A stretch of 45,422 nucleotides of DNA from assembly GCA_043821645.1 (NCBI GenBank), contig JBDRCO010000123.1:1-45422 (forward strand), in the 5' to 3' direction. The stretch is from Pseudomonadota bacterium (lineage in GTDB: Bacteria; Myxococcota; JACRCW01; JAFGSX01). Both the position numbers and the translations under genes were made by a program. Within the stretch, counting starts at the first letter, position 1, and each line of letters begins with the position of its first letter. Below the pieces are notes generated by a model. It was not told the DNA's origin and searched no databases. It saw nothing but the letters and a program-made list of their open reading frames with translations. Shown here piece after piece: positions 9,426-18,702 of the stretch.

Positions 9426-9499
9426 CGCCCCCGACAGGACTCGAACCTGTGGCCTACGGTTTAGGAAACCGTCGCTCTATCCTGCTGAGCTACGAGGGC
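9426..9499 (-). tRNA. tRNA-Arg(CCT); CCA not encoded
   Basis: Reverse complement GCCCTCGTAGCTCAGCAGGATAGAGCGACGGTTTCCTAAACCGTAGGCCACAGGTTCGAGTCCTGTCGGGGGCG folds as a cloverleaf with anticodon loop TTCCTAA and T-loop GTTCGAG. Confidence 0.97.
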
Positions 9500-9528
9500 G
9501 TAGTCGTCAGCGCGCAAAAAGCCTCGCG

Positions 9529-9557
9529 ATGCTAAAGAGTTGTGGCTGCGCTGTCAA
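9529..9557 (-). promoter_or_regulatory. Sigma70 promoter of tRNA-Arg
   Basis: Minus-strand TTGACA-N17-TAGCAT, about 30 bp upstream of the tRNA. Confidence 0.75.
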
Positions 9558-9567
9558 GCTGACAGCG

Positions 9568-10086
9568 TCAGCGATAGCTCAGCAAGGTGTCCACGGGAAC
9601 CTCGCCAAGAAGCTTTCGCCCCTCGAGAAAGGCCAGCTCCACGACGAAGGAGAAGCCTGCCACGCGTGCCCCGGCCTGGTGCACCAGGTCCGCGGCCGCC
9701 CGCGCCGTGCCCCCGGTGGCCAGCAGATCGTCGACGATGAGCACGCGGTCCTCCGACGACAGGGCATCGGTGTGCATCTCGATCACATCCTCGCCGTACT
9801 CCTTGGCAAAGGCGGCGCGCAGGGTCGCCCGAGGCAGCTTGCTGGGCTTGCGCATGGGCACGAAGCCGAGCCCGAGCTGGCGAGCGAGGGGTGCACCGAA
9901 GAGGAAGCCCCGCGACTCGATGCCCGCGATCTTGGTGGCTCCGCGCGAACGCGCCTGCGCGGCCAGCGCGTCGATCACGCGGTCAAAAGCCGCCGCGTCG
10001 AGGAGCACCGGGGTGATGTCCTTGAAGATGATGCCTGGCTTGGGAAAATCCGGCACGTCCGCGATCAGGGCCTCGATATCCTTCAC
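9568..10086 (-). CDS. apt: Adenine phosphoribosyltransferase
   Basis: PDFPKPGIIFKDIT, GIESRGF and the PRPP loop VLIVDDLLATGGT. Confidence 0.97.
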   Translation of the reverse strand: MKDIEALIADVPDFPKPGIIFKDITPVLLDAAAFDRVIDALAAQARSRGATKIAGIESRGFLFGAPLARQLGLGFVPMRKPSKLPRATLRAAFAKEYGEDVIEMHTDALSSEDRVLIVDDLLATGGTARAAADLVHQAGARVAGFSFVVELAFLEGRKLLGEVPVDTLLSYR

Positions 10087-10104
10087 GATGGTCTCCTCTG
10101 TGGT

Positions 10105-11187
10105 TCAGGGCTGGCCAGATCCTGGCGGCAGCAGACCTGCGGCCTGGCCCGTGTCCTCGTGCAGCTGCGGCGCCGGGGCTTGGATGGCATACCATTGTTG
10201 CAGCACTCGTGCAGCAGGCTTGCCCCGCGGGGTGTAGTCCTTGTCCTGGCTTCCGCCCGGCCCGAACCAGTTCCAGAAATACACGCCCTGCAGCAGTGGC
10301 TCGTCGTCCCAGGCCTCGATGAAGGCGCGATAGCACAGCGCCTGCTCGTCCGCGTCGCGGCGCGCCTGGCGCGTCTCGTCCCAGGGATAGCGATTGGCAC
10401 CATCGAGGGAGGGATAGCCGATCTCCGTGAACACCAGGGGCTTGCCCACGCGGCGTGCATGGGCCAGCAGTGGCGCCTGCCACCGCCGCCAGGCCGCCGT
10501 CAGCGTTGGCAGATCCGGGTCGTCCTGCTGCGTCAGCTCGTAGTAGCCGGTGACACCCAGGAGGTCGACCTGATCCCAGAAGGTCACGGGCTCGAAGTGG
10601 TCCCAGTTGGCGCTGTACAGGATCTGCCCCTTGAAGATCTCGCGCGCACTCCGGATCAGCGCGATCCAGCGTTCGCGCATGGGCTCCGTCGTCAGCAGCT
10701 CGCTACCCACCCCAAGAATGGCCACATGATGTTCGGCGGCGATGCGCGCCATCCGCAGGATGTAGCTTTGGTAGCTGTCGAACCAGTCGTCCCAGCGGGC
10801 AGGCTGGATCTTGCCGCGCCACTCGTTGCGCGCCCGGCTCTCGATGCCGACGATGGGAAACAACATCACACGCAGACCGCGCGCGTGTGCTGCGGCGATG
10901 GTGCGACGCAGGTTGGCTTCGCTGACCGTGTAGCCCGGCCGTGGGGCCAAAGTGCTCGATCGAATGTCGTGCTGGTACCACACCGTCACCAGCGACACAT
11001 GGCTCGCACCCTGCGCCACGATCTCATCGAGATACGGGCCATAGCGCGCCTCGGCGTCGGCCGAGAACAGACCCAGGGCGATGCCGCGCTGCACGGGTGG
11101 CGCCGCATGCACTCCCGCCGCCACGACGAGAGCGACGCCGGTCGCACACCACCCGGCCCGGGTTGCCCATCTTGACACCACCGGCAC
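10105..11187 (-). CDS. Secreted glycoside hydrolase, GH113-like TIM barrel
   Basis: Signal-peptide-like N-terminus; WRGKI, VGSEL (acid/base Glu), YSANWD, FTEIGYPS (nucleophile Glu) and YTPRGKPA. Exact start uncertain. Confidence 0.8.
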   Translation of the reverse strand: MPVVSRWATRAGWCATGVALVVAAGVHAAPPVQRGIALGLFSADAEARYGPYLDEIVAQGASHVSLVTVWYQHDIRSSTLAPRPGYTVSEANLRRTIAAAHARGLRVMLFPIVGIESRARNEWRGKIQPARWDDWFDSYQSYILRMARIAAEHHVAILGVGSELLTTEPMRERWIALIRSAREIFKGQILYSANWDHFEPVTFWDQVDLLGVTGYYELTQQDDPDLPTLTAAWRRWQAPLLAHARRVGKPLVFTEIGYPSLDGANRYPWDETRQARRDADEQALCYRAFIEAWDDEPLLQGVYFWNWFGPGGSQDKDYTPRGKPAARVLQQWYAIQAPAPQLHEDTGQAAGLLPPGSGQP

Positions 11188-11200
11188 TATCTACCAGAGT
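11172..11200 (+). promoter_or_regulatory. Putative sigma70 promoter of the FHA gene
   Basis: TTGACA-N17-CAGAGT. Confidence 0.45.
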
Positions 11201-11223
11201 CAAGTGCTCGAGGGGAGTGGCGC

Positions 11224-13356
11224 GTGCTCGACGCCACCCACGTGCCCGCTCGTCGAGGACTGCGCGTGCTGGTGTGCCCCAAGTGTGGACGGCAGGAGCT
11301 CGGCAAGGCAACCCAGTGCCGGGTCTGCGGTGCTGCACTGCCGTTCAAGACCGTGCTCGACATGCCGCGCTTCGGTGCGGCTCCCGAGCGCACCTGCAGC
11401 CAGTGCCAGCAGGCATTGCCGGTGCTGGCGACACGCTGTCCACTGTGCCATGCACCCGTCGAGGTCCGTCCCGACGAGGTTCCCACCGAGCTGGAGCAGA
11501 TCCTCGAACGGCCTGAAGCACTGGACCCTCAGCAGGACGTGGCCACCGAGCTTCGTGCGGCCGACTTCGATCCGGCGACCATCACCACCTCGGAGCAGCG
11601 CGGCGCGCGCATGGGCACGCAGACCGCCGCCGAGATCCGCGCCGTGTTCGCCAGCTCCTCGGATCTCGGCCCGCCGGTGCACCCCGCGGCTCCGCCCGCG
11701 GCAGCCTTGCAGGAAACCCTGGTGGGCCGGACGCCTCCCCCGGGGGCGAGCCAAGAGATACCGGAGCACGAACTCGAGACCCTGGTGCGCACCGATCCCG
11801 ACGCGCGCCCGGATCCCCAGCGCGACACCGATGACAGGGCCAGACAACGTCTGGACGCAGCATCGCGCGCGGTGGAGAAGAGCTCGGAGCCTGCACGCCC
11901 GGCTGCGGTCGTCATCGCGGCAGATGCGCGCGCCGAGGCGCGGACAGGGCCCGTGCCCGGGGTCCAGGTGGCCCTGCAAGCCCCGCGGCGCCAGGCCCCG
12001 TCCGTGCAACCTGCGCCAGCACAGGGCCCACCGGAGCAGATTTCTCCGTCGTCACTGGACCGCACGCTGCGCGACGTGGTGCCCGCCACACGGGCTGCCG
12101 GTGGTGCGGGAGTGCCGGACCCGCACTCCACCCCGACCCGGGTGTATCCGGCGATGGCCAGTCACGTCCTGGCCCGGGCCGCTCAGAGCACCGCGACGTC
12201 TTCCATCGCGTCGACGCCGACCGACACAGCCAAGGCCCCGCCCCACAGCGCTCCTCGCGCAGAGCAACCGACCGAGACGGACCTCAAACCCTTACCGCCC
12301 GCGTCCCGGGGCGCTGCACAGCCTGAGTTCTCACCCCAGGCCCCCACCGCCGCTGTCATGCGTGCGCAGGCCTCCCCGGCGCCTGCGGGCCCGCCGCCGC
12401 CAGCCGCAGCGTCGAGCGCCGTGCCCACCGAAGCCGCACTCCCTGTGCTGGTGCAGCGGACACCACCGCCCGTGCAGACTGCTTCTGCCCCGACCGAGGC
12501 CGGGCTGCCCCTGTCCACCCCGGCTGCCACGACCGACCCTGTCCCGGTGCCCTCTCATCCGGCGAAAACCTGCTGCGACGGCTGCGGTGCCACCCTGCTG
12601 CCGGGCACCAAGTTCTGCCACGAGTGCGGTTTGCCGCTGCAGCGCCCTATCACCCGCGCCTTCACACCACACCTCGCGCCAGCCGTGCTCAGCAGCCCCG
12701 AGGCGGCACCGATGCGCCTGGTGCGGGTCCGCGGCAGCGAACCGGACGGCCAGATCTTCGAGATCACCGAGGAGCAAGTGCTGATCGGGCGTCGCGAGGG
12801 CGCGATCCGCTTCGCCGAGGACCCCTGGACCTCCCCCTGCCACGCCCAGCTGCGGCGCCAGGGCCGGGTCCTGCGCATCCGCGACCTCAAGAGCCGAAAC
12901 GGTGTGTTCGTGCGGTTGCACAAGCCAGAGCGGCTTCAGGACGGCGACCGCATCTGCATCGGCCGGCAGCTGCTGTTCTACGATGAGAGTTGCACCCTGG
13001 ATCGGTCCATCCTCCCGGCCGACGACGGTCAGGGCACGCGCCTGCTGGCCAGCCCTCGCGCGGCCGAGGTGCTGCGTCTGGTGCACCTGTACGCCAGCGG
13101 TGCCTACGAGGTTCAGCAACGCCACCAAAGAGCCCTCACCCTCGGCCGCGTGGGCTGTGACATCAGCTTCCCCGACGACGACTACCTGTCCTCCCGCCAC
13201 GCCAGGGTGCTGCGGGCTGGAGCTTTCGTGGTGGTCGAAGACCTGGGGAGCCGCAACGGCACCTTCGTGGCCATCCGCGGAGAGATCGAGCTCAAAACCG
13301 GTGACGAGATCTTGATCGGTAACCAGGTGCTGCGGGTCGAGATGGACAGGGGCTGA
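11224..13356 (+). CDS. Zinc-ribbon and tandem FHA domain protein
   Basis: CxxC pairs at the N-terminus and mid-protein, a long Pro/Ala linker and two FHA domains (IGR...SPCHA...DLKSRNG; LGR...SSRHA...DLGSRNGT). Start may be slightly downstream. Confidence 0.85.
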   Translation: MLDATHVPARRGLRVLVCPKCGRQELGKATQCRVCGAALPFKTVLDMPRFGAAPERTCSQCQQALPVLATRCPLCHAPVEVRPDEVPTELEQILERPEALDPQQDVATELRAADFDPATITTSEQRGARMGTQTAAEIRAVFASSSDLGPPVHPAAPPAAALQETLVGRTPPPGASQEIPEHELETLVRTDPDARPDPQRDTDDRARQRLDAASRAVEKSSEPARPAAVVIAADARAEARTGPVPGVQVALQAPRRQAPSVQPAPAQGPPEQISPSSLDRTLRDVVPATRAAGGAGVPDPHSTPTRVYPAMASHVLARAAQSTATSSIASTPTDTAKAPPHSAPRAEQPTETDLKPLPPASRGAAQPEFSPQAPTAAVMRAQASPAPAGPPPPAAASSAVPTEAALPVLVQRTPPPVQTASAPTEAGLPLSTPAATTDPVPVPSHPAKTCCDGCGATLLPGTKFCHECGLPLQRPITRAFTPHLAPAVLSSPEAAPMRLVRVRGSEPDGQIFEITEEQVLIGRREGAIRFAEDPWTSPCHAQLRRQGRVLRIRDLKSRNGVFVRLHKPERLQDGDRICIGRQLLFYDESCTLDRSILPADDGQGTRLLASPRAAEVLRLVHLYASGAYEVQQRHQRALTLGRVGCDISFPDDDYLSSRHARVLRAGAFVVVEDLGSRNGTFVAIRGEIELKTGDEILIGNQVLRVEMDRG

Positions 13357-13416
13357 GCACGCCGATCCCCGTCGCTGGCTTGCGCGGCAACGACGCGATG
13401 ACTAACCTTACAGGAG

Positions 13417-14160
13417 ATGGCACAGAACCCCACAGGCCTGGCACTCCCCAGACTGACGCCCGCAGTCAAGGTGATCCTCATCACCAACGTCGCGGTCTTC
13501 GTCCTGCTCGGCCTCCTGGTCAAGATTGCGCCCGGCTTCTACGTCATCCTGTTCGACAACCTGGCGCTGTCCCCGAGTGCCATCGTCGATTTCAAAGTCT
13601 GGACCCTGCTCACCTACGCCTTCGTGCACAGCCTCCAGGATGTGTTCCACCTCCTGTTCAACCTCCTGCTGCTGTTCTTCTTCGGGCCGGCCCTCGAGCA
13701 GCGATGGGGCACCCGGCGTTTCGTGATCTTCTACGCCATGGGGGCGCTCGGCGGGGCTGCCCTGTTCCTGGCCTTCAATGTGCTCGTCGGCAACGAGGCC
13801 AGGGTGGTCGGAGCTTCCGGCGCCGTCCTGGCAGCGCTGGTGGCCTGGGGCCTGATCTACCCCAACATCCCCGTTTACTTCTTCGGCATCCTGCCGCTCC
13901 GTGGCAAGCACCTGATCCTGATCACCATCGGCATCGAGCTGCTGATGGCGGTGTCCCAGACGCCGGTGTCGTCGGCAACGCATTTTGGCGGCATGGCGGT
14001 GGGCGCGCTGCTGGTCACCGGCTACTGGCGGCCGCGGGCACTTTTCGAAAAACTTCAGCTCGCTCGAAAAAAAGTACGCCGACCGCGGTCACCCAAGTTC
14101 ACCGTCGTCATCAACCCCGATGACGACGACCGGGCCCCGCCGGGTGGGTGGGTGCACTAG
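13417..14160 (+). CDS. Rhomboid family intramembrane serine protease
   Basis: WTLLTYAFVH, HLLFN, catalytic GASG and HFGG; GGAG RBS. Confidence 0.92.
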   Translation: MAQNPTGLALPRLTPAVKVILITNVAVFVLLGLLVKIAPGFYVILFDNLALSPSAIVDFKVWTLLTYAFVHSLQDVFHLLFNLLLLFFFGPALEQRWGTRRFVIFYAMGALGGAALFLAFNVLVGNEARVVGASGAVLAALVAWGLIYPNIPVYFFGILPLRGKHLILITIGIELLMAVSQTPVSSATHFGGMAVGALLVTGYWRPRALFEKLQLARKKVRRPRSPKFTVVINPDDDDRAPPGGWVH

Positions 14161-14164
14161 GCGG

Positions 14165-14405
14165 GTTCCCAGTTCCCATTTCCCCGTTCCCGGTTCCAGG
14201 TTCCCGGTTCCACCTTCCACGTTTCCGGTCCCGAGTCTGTTCCTCGCAGTGGTCTTTCTACACAGGTCACGAACTCGCCGACGTCGACCAGAGGAATGCT
14301 GGCCAGCCATGCGGAGAAGCACGACACGTCAGGCTCAAGAACGTGGAACTTGGCACGTGGCACGGCGCACGTGGCCCTCGAAACTTGGAACCTGGAACAG
14401 GGAAC
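14165..14405. repeat. Inverted arrays of degenerate heptamers flanking a ~100-bp core
   Basis: About 10 GTTCCNN units at 14165-14234 and about 10 complementary NNGGAAC units at 14336-14405, between convergent genes. Confidence 0.85.
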
Positions 14406-14436
14406 GTGGTAGGTGCAACGAGATCCGCGGAACGCC

Positions 14437-15225
14437 CTACTTGACCTCACCGTCGCGCTCGGTGTTCCAGGCCACCCAGTCAGGATCCTCGGTCTGATCG
14501 TCCTTGGCAGCGAACTTGACCGCGGGCTCCATGGTGCCGTCGGCAGCGACCTTGACCGACATCCACTCGCCGCACAGCTGCTCCCACTCCTTCTTGGAAA
14601 CCTCCTTGAAGGGCTGGGCCACGGGCTGGCGGTTCTTGAAGTCGATGGGAGTCGTGGGCTCGGTGGTCGCCTCCTTCTTCTTCTCGAAGAAGGGCGCGTT
14701 GGACACCGCGACCGCGCCGGCGTAGACCTTGATCAGGGTCGACTTGTCCTCGCTGGCATTGATGCGGAAGGTGGTGCCGCGCACACCGGCGACCGCGTTC
14801 TCGGTCTTGACCTCGAACTTGTTGTCCGAGCTGACCATGGAGCTGACCTTGGCCCAGGCCTTGCCGGCCACCAGGGTCGCCGACACGTTGCGCTCCTGCT
14901 TCTTGACATCGACCTTGGCGTCGTTGACCTGCAGGGTCGACGTGGCAGCCATGCGCATCACCGAGCCATCGCTGAAGCGCAGCTCCAGGCGCGAGTCCTC
15001 GAGGGTGCGCACGAAGTCACCCAGGTACACGGGCTGGTTGCGCTTGAGCTTTTTCCACGGACCGTCAGCCTTGTCCGCGCGCTCGGCCTTGCCCTTGAGG
15101 AAGCTGATCTTGCCCACCACCGCGCCTTGCTTGGCGTCGGCAGACAGGCCCAGCAGGCAGGCCGCCAGCACCACCGACAGCAGGATGGCCGCACGCGAGC
15201 CAGGACCGACCTTCGTCGTCCTCAT
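14437..15225 (-). CDS. Secreted FecR-domain protein
   Basis: Signal peptide, GDFVRT..SRLELRFSDGS and TENAVAGVRGTTF; ATG follows GGAG. Confidence 0.85.
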   Translation of the reverse strand: MRTTKVGPGSRAAILLSVVLAACLLGLSADAKQGAVVGKISFLKGKAERADKADGPWKKLKRNQPVYLGDFVRTLEDSRLELRFSDGSVMRMAATSTLQVNDAKVDVKKQERNVSATLVAGKAWAKVSSMVSSDNKFEVKTENAVAGVRGTTFRINASEDKSTLIKVYAGAVAVSNAPFFEKKKEATTEPTTPIDFKNRQPVAQPFKEVSKKEWEQLCGEWMSVKVAADGTMEPAVKFAAKDDQTEDPDWVAWNTERDGEVK

Positions 15226-15304
15226 GGCGAGTTCTCCTTTCCCGGGGCGATGGACGCCCCCCATTTCTCACCGGGACGGCAGCGTCCCCGCACAACGCCG
15301 CCCG

Positions 15305-16471
15305 CTACTTGGTCACATTGACGACGATGCGGCCCTCGTCGACCTCGGTGACCTCGGCCTTGTAGCCGCTGAGCTTGGCGCCCGACAGCTGCTCGGCCAG
15401 TGCGTCCGCGTCGCTTTCGACCTCGACGTCGATCTTGGCCACCTTGTTGCTCAGGCCACGCTGTGTCGACTTGGACACGCCGTTGAACTTGGCCACGGCA
15501 GCGGCCAGCTCCTTGAGCACCTTGTAGTTGGGCACGTTGTTGACGACGAGCTGGATGCGCCGGGTACCGGTCTGCTCTTCCTGGGTCCAGCGCTTGGCGA
15601 TCTTGGTCATGAGCTCGTCGGCGACCTTCTTGACCACGCGCTCCTTGTACTGCTTGATGGCCTGCGCGTTGCCAAAGTCCGGGCTCACCGACAGCACGGG
15701 CCGACTCTCGGTGGCGGTGGCGATGATCTCGCGGTTGGACACCGCGAACATGCGCAGGGTCACCGTCACCTGGTAGCTGTGCATGGCCGTGCCCTCGATG
15801 CCGCCGGCATCGCGCCCCTCGGCCTTGCCGACGATCACGTACTGGGCGTCAGCGCGCTCCGCGATGGCCTGGGCATCGGCGGCCCCGATCTCGCCGGTCT
15901 TGGCGCCGCTGGACAGATCCAGCCCGGCCAGACCGGAGAGGTCCACCACCGGGAACCCGCGCTCCTGGAACATGTTGATCAGGATGTCCTCGGTCTTGCC
16001 GCGCTGGCTGGTCGACACCGAGAAATCGGCATTTCCCGCCATCTTCTCGGCCACCAGGAACGCCACCTTGCTCGACTTTTTGAGGTTGATGAGCTGGTTG
16101 ATGGCATCGCCCACGGGCTTGTCAGCGACATCAGCGCTGATCGTCACCTCGAACACGCCGCCGTTGTCACCCTCGCTCAAGATCTTGTGGCTGGTGACCA
16201 TGCCCTCGGTCTGGGCAATGATCTCGTCCTTCACGATCTCCCACTCCGCGGAGATGGTGGTGGACTGCACCCGCACGCCTGCCACCTCCTCGACGGCCTT
16301 GCGGAAGGCGTCCTTGAGGGCAGCCTTCTTGGCCGCGGCCTTGTTTCCACCCTCGATGGCGGCCTCGCCCTTGACGGTCACCGTCTTGGCACCCACCACG
16401 GTCGAGAGCGTCAGGGCCGCCAGCAATGCCAGGCCCCTCGTCAGTGCTCCCCGAACTCGGTATGTTTTCAT
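15305..16471 (-). CDS. Periplasmic protein with a FlgT N-terminal-like domain
   Basis: Signal peptide, then 'VTVKGEAAI...AKKAALKDAFRKAVEEVAGVRVQS', followed by a CsgG/TolB-N-like middle domain (ADAQYVIVG). Confidence 0.7.
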   Translation of the reverse strand: MKTYRVRGALTRGLALLAALTLSTVVGAKTVTVKGEAAIEGGNKAAAKKAALKDAFRKAVEEVAGVRVQSTTISAEWEIVKDEIIAQTEGMVTSHKILSEGDNGGVFEVTISADVADKPVGDAINQLINLKKSSKVAFLVAEKMAGNADFSVSTSQRGKTEDILINMFQERGFPVVDLSGLAGLDLSSGAKTGEIGAADAQAIAERADAQYVIVGKAEGRDAGGIEGTAMHSYQVTVTLRMFAVSNREIIATATESRPVLSVSPDFGNAQAIKQYKERVVKKVADELMTKIAKRWTQEEQTGTRRIQLVVNNVPNYKVLKELAAAVAKFNGVSKSTQRGLSNKVAKIDVEVESDADALAEQLSGAKLSGYKAEVTEVDEGRIVVNVTK

Positions 16472-16512
16472 CTTCTTCCTCCCACCATCAGGACGGTTCG
16501 CCCTGTGCAGGC

Positions 16513-17337
16513 TCAGTCCACCACGACGATGACGCGCCCATCAGCCAGGTAGGCCTGGTTGGTCTCGGGGTCGCGCAGCTTGTCCGCGTCCGCGTTCGAG
16601 ATGACAATGTCGCTCTTGCCATCCTTGCCCGTGGCAATGGCGCGCACGACCATCGGCTTCTCCTTGACCCGCGGATGGTTCTTGGCCTCCTCGAGGTCCT
16701 TGACGTAGCCGATGATGCCGCCCTCGAAGGCCGCCTTGTCGGCGACGTAAGCGACGCTGTAGATCTCCTTGCCGTTCTCGTCCAGCACGCGCGGGGCGAT
16801 GGCCGGGATCACGTTGAGACCCTTGGCGTTGATGACCAGGCCGCTGCTCTTGGCGGTGCCCTTGGTCGGTACATCCTTCTTCTTCTCTGTCGCCGTCTCG
16901 GGCAGCAGAGCCTGGGTCAGCAGGCCGTCGATGGGCATGCGCAGCACGACGTCGACCGAGAGATCCGAATAATAGACCGTGTCGATGACCTTGGCGCCCT
17001 TGATCACGCCGTCGACCTTGGCCTGGATCTCACCACCGGACAGGACCTTGTCTGCGGAGCGCTTGGCATCGACCTGCACGCCCTTCAGGGTCTCCAGGAT
17101 GTTGCGGTACGCGTCCAGCTTGGCCGCGCGCTCCGCTCCCAGCCGCGCCGCAGCCGGGCTCTTGGCTTTCTTGCTGGGTGCACCTGACCCACGCGCCGTG
17201 ATGGTCTTCGCGGTCCAGTCGATCTGGCCATGCCCCGGGATGTCCTGGGTGACGCCCTCGGCTTTGCCGGGCGCGCCCACCGCCAGCATCAGGAGCCCCA
17301 TGGCCCATGGGAGCCAATCCGCCCTCCTCCAGCCCAT
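16513..17337 (-). CDS. LPP20-like exported protein
   Basis: GQIDW..ITARGSG, AERAAKLDAYRNILE..GVQVD, SGLVINAKG and GRVIVVVD. ATG 17337 follows AAGGAGG. No lipobox Cys. Confidence 0.75.
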   Translation of the reverse strand: MGWRRADWLPWAMGLLMLAVGAPGKAEGVTQDIPGHGQIDWTAKTITARGSGAPSKKAKSPAAARLGAERAAKLDAYRNILETLKGVQVDAKRSADKVLSGGEIQAKVDGVIKGAKVIDTVYYSDLSVDVVLRMPIDGLLTQALLPETATEKKKDVPTKGTAKSSGLVINAKGLNVIPAIAPRVLDENGKEIYSVAYVADKAAFEGGIIGYVKDLEEAKNHPRVKEKPMVVRAIATGKDGKSDIVISNADADKLRDPETNQAYLADGRVIVVVD

Positions 17338-17532
17338 CGCATCCTCCTTTGCCACGCCGTCAGCGTGTGCTTCTCGCCCCGCTTTGGCGGGGAAAGGTCG
17401 CAGTCAAGGCACCCACGCTATCACCGAAAGCCAGCGCCAGGCCACTCGTCTGTGTGCCCGGCGTGCTGAGCCCCGGTTTCCAGCCCCTGATCCTGGTGAC
17501 CAAAGCTTAGGACGGCGGCCTGCGCCGGGTAT

Positions 17533-18702
17533 TCAAGCGGGTCCGGGATCTCCCAAAATTCCCAGGGCCGTGGTCACCTCGCGCATCAGCACGGCCACGT
17601 CGTGCAGATCCTCGTAGGCTTCCAGGGTCTGACTATCCGCGTAGAACAACAGCCGCGCGCGCTGACCGTCGCTGACCGGGGCCAGCAGCACGACGCCCGG
17701 ACGGGGCGGGCCAAATTGGCCAAGCAGCCGTGACCAGTGAGGATCCTCCGGCACCAGGCCGTGTACCCCCTGGAGTTCCGCCACCGCCTGGGCCACCACG
17801 GGGTATGCCCCGAGCTCGAGGCTGGGCGGAGGCGTCGTGAAGCCAAAGTGCGCCAGTGTGAGTGCCTGGGTCGGTGCCAGCTCGAAGGCTGCAGCACGCT
17901 CGAAATAGCTGCGCAGAAAGGCCACCACCACCTGGCCCACCTCCGCCAGACGGGTGGCCTCGAAGACGCGCTCGGCGGCCTCCACCACCGACTGGATCGG
18001 CCGCACCGGGTGGGCGACTGCCGAAGCCCGCTTGGGCTGCAGCAGGATGGGCTCCTCGGCAGGCCCCTCGTCGAGACCCAGCGCGCCGCCAAAGTTGCGG
18101 TTGCTGATCTCCTGCACCGGTCTCAAGATCTGGTCGGGCCGCCGACGATCCACCTGGGTGACGCTAGCGGGGCGTTCCCTCGGGGGCGAGACCGGGGACC
18201 GCGCGGCTGGCACGGGAGGCGGTGTGCTCAGGGGCACCGGACCGGCAGCAGGGAGGCGCGCCATGGGGCGAGCCAGTGCCGGATACAAGGTCGCGATGAC
18301 CCTCTCGACCACGGCCTCGTCGGACAGGTAGGCCTGTACCTTCTTGCCTGTGAAGAACGCGATCTCGGATACCGCCTCTGCCGCGGTGGGCTCGTACAGG
18401 GCGATCTGCAGCACGCCCTGGTCAAAGGCGAAGGGAACCACGCGCTGGCGCTGAACCAGTTCCTCGGGGACCAGCGCCGCGAGTCCCGAGGTCGCCTGCA
18501 GCACGTGTCGGCCGTCGACCAGGGGCAGGCCGAACTGGGTCGACAGTGCGTTCTGGAGCTGTTCGGGGGTCAGCACACCCAGAGCAAGCAGGCAGCTGCC
18601 GAGAAAGCGACCGCTCTGCCGCTGCATCTCGAGCGCCCGGTAGAGGTCCTCGCGACGCACCACCCCGGTGCGGACCAGCATCAGGCCAAGGGTCTCGGTC
18701 AC
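17533..18702 (-). CDS. GspE/PilB N-terminal (MshEN-like) domain protein lacking an ATPase domain
   Basis: Two LGxxL..G.....L..AL..Q repeats and VVPF...LQIA..P; no Walker A motif. Confidence 0.8.
   Translation of the reverse strand: MTETLGLMLVRTGVVRREDLYRALEMQRQSGRFLGSCLLALGVLTPEQLQNALSTQFGLPLVDGRHVLQATSGLAALVPEELVQRQRVVPFAFDQGVLQIALYEPTAAEAVSEIAFFTGKKVQAYLSDEAVVERVIATLYPALARPMARLPAAGPVPLSTPPPVPAARSPVSPPRERPASVTQVDRRRPDQILRPVQEISNRNFGGALGLDEGPAEEPILLQPKRASAVAHPVRPIQSVVEAAERVFEATRLAEVGQVVVAFLRSYFERAAAFELAPTQALTLAHFGFTTPPPSLELGAYPVVAQAVAELQGVHGLVPEDPHWSRLLGQFGPPRPGVVLLAPVSDGQRARLLFYADSQTLEAYEDLHDVAVLMREVTTALGILGDPGPA

Noticed and set aside
9426-9499. tRNA-Arg as a genomic-island attachment site
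   Set aside because: Flanked by housekeeping genes, and I saw no duplicated tRNA 3' end. The only integrase in the window is integron-type and about 35 kb away.
13417-14160. Rhomboid as a rhombosortase for the CTERM proteins
   Set aside because: It looks like a generic rhomboid. The tails here are Cys-containing MYXO-CTERM-like rather than GlyGly-CTERM, and the genes are unlinked.
14165-14405. CRISPR array or protein-coding reading of the heptamer region
   Set aside because: The units are 7 nt with no spacers and no cas genes; the ORFs across it are repeat translations.
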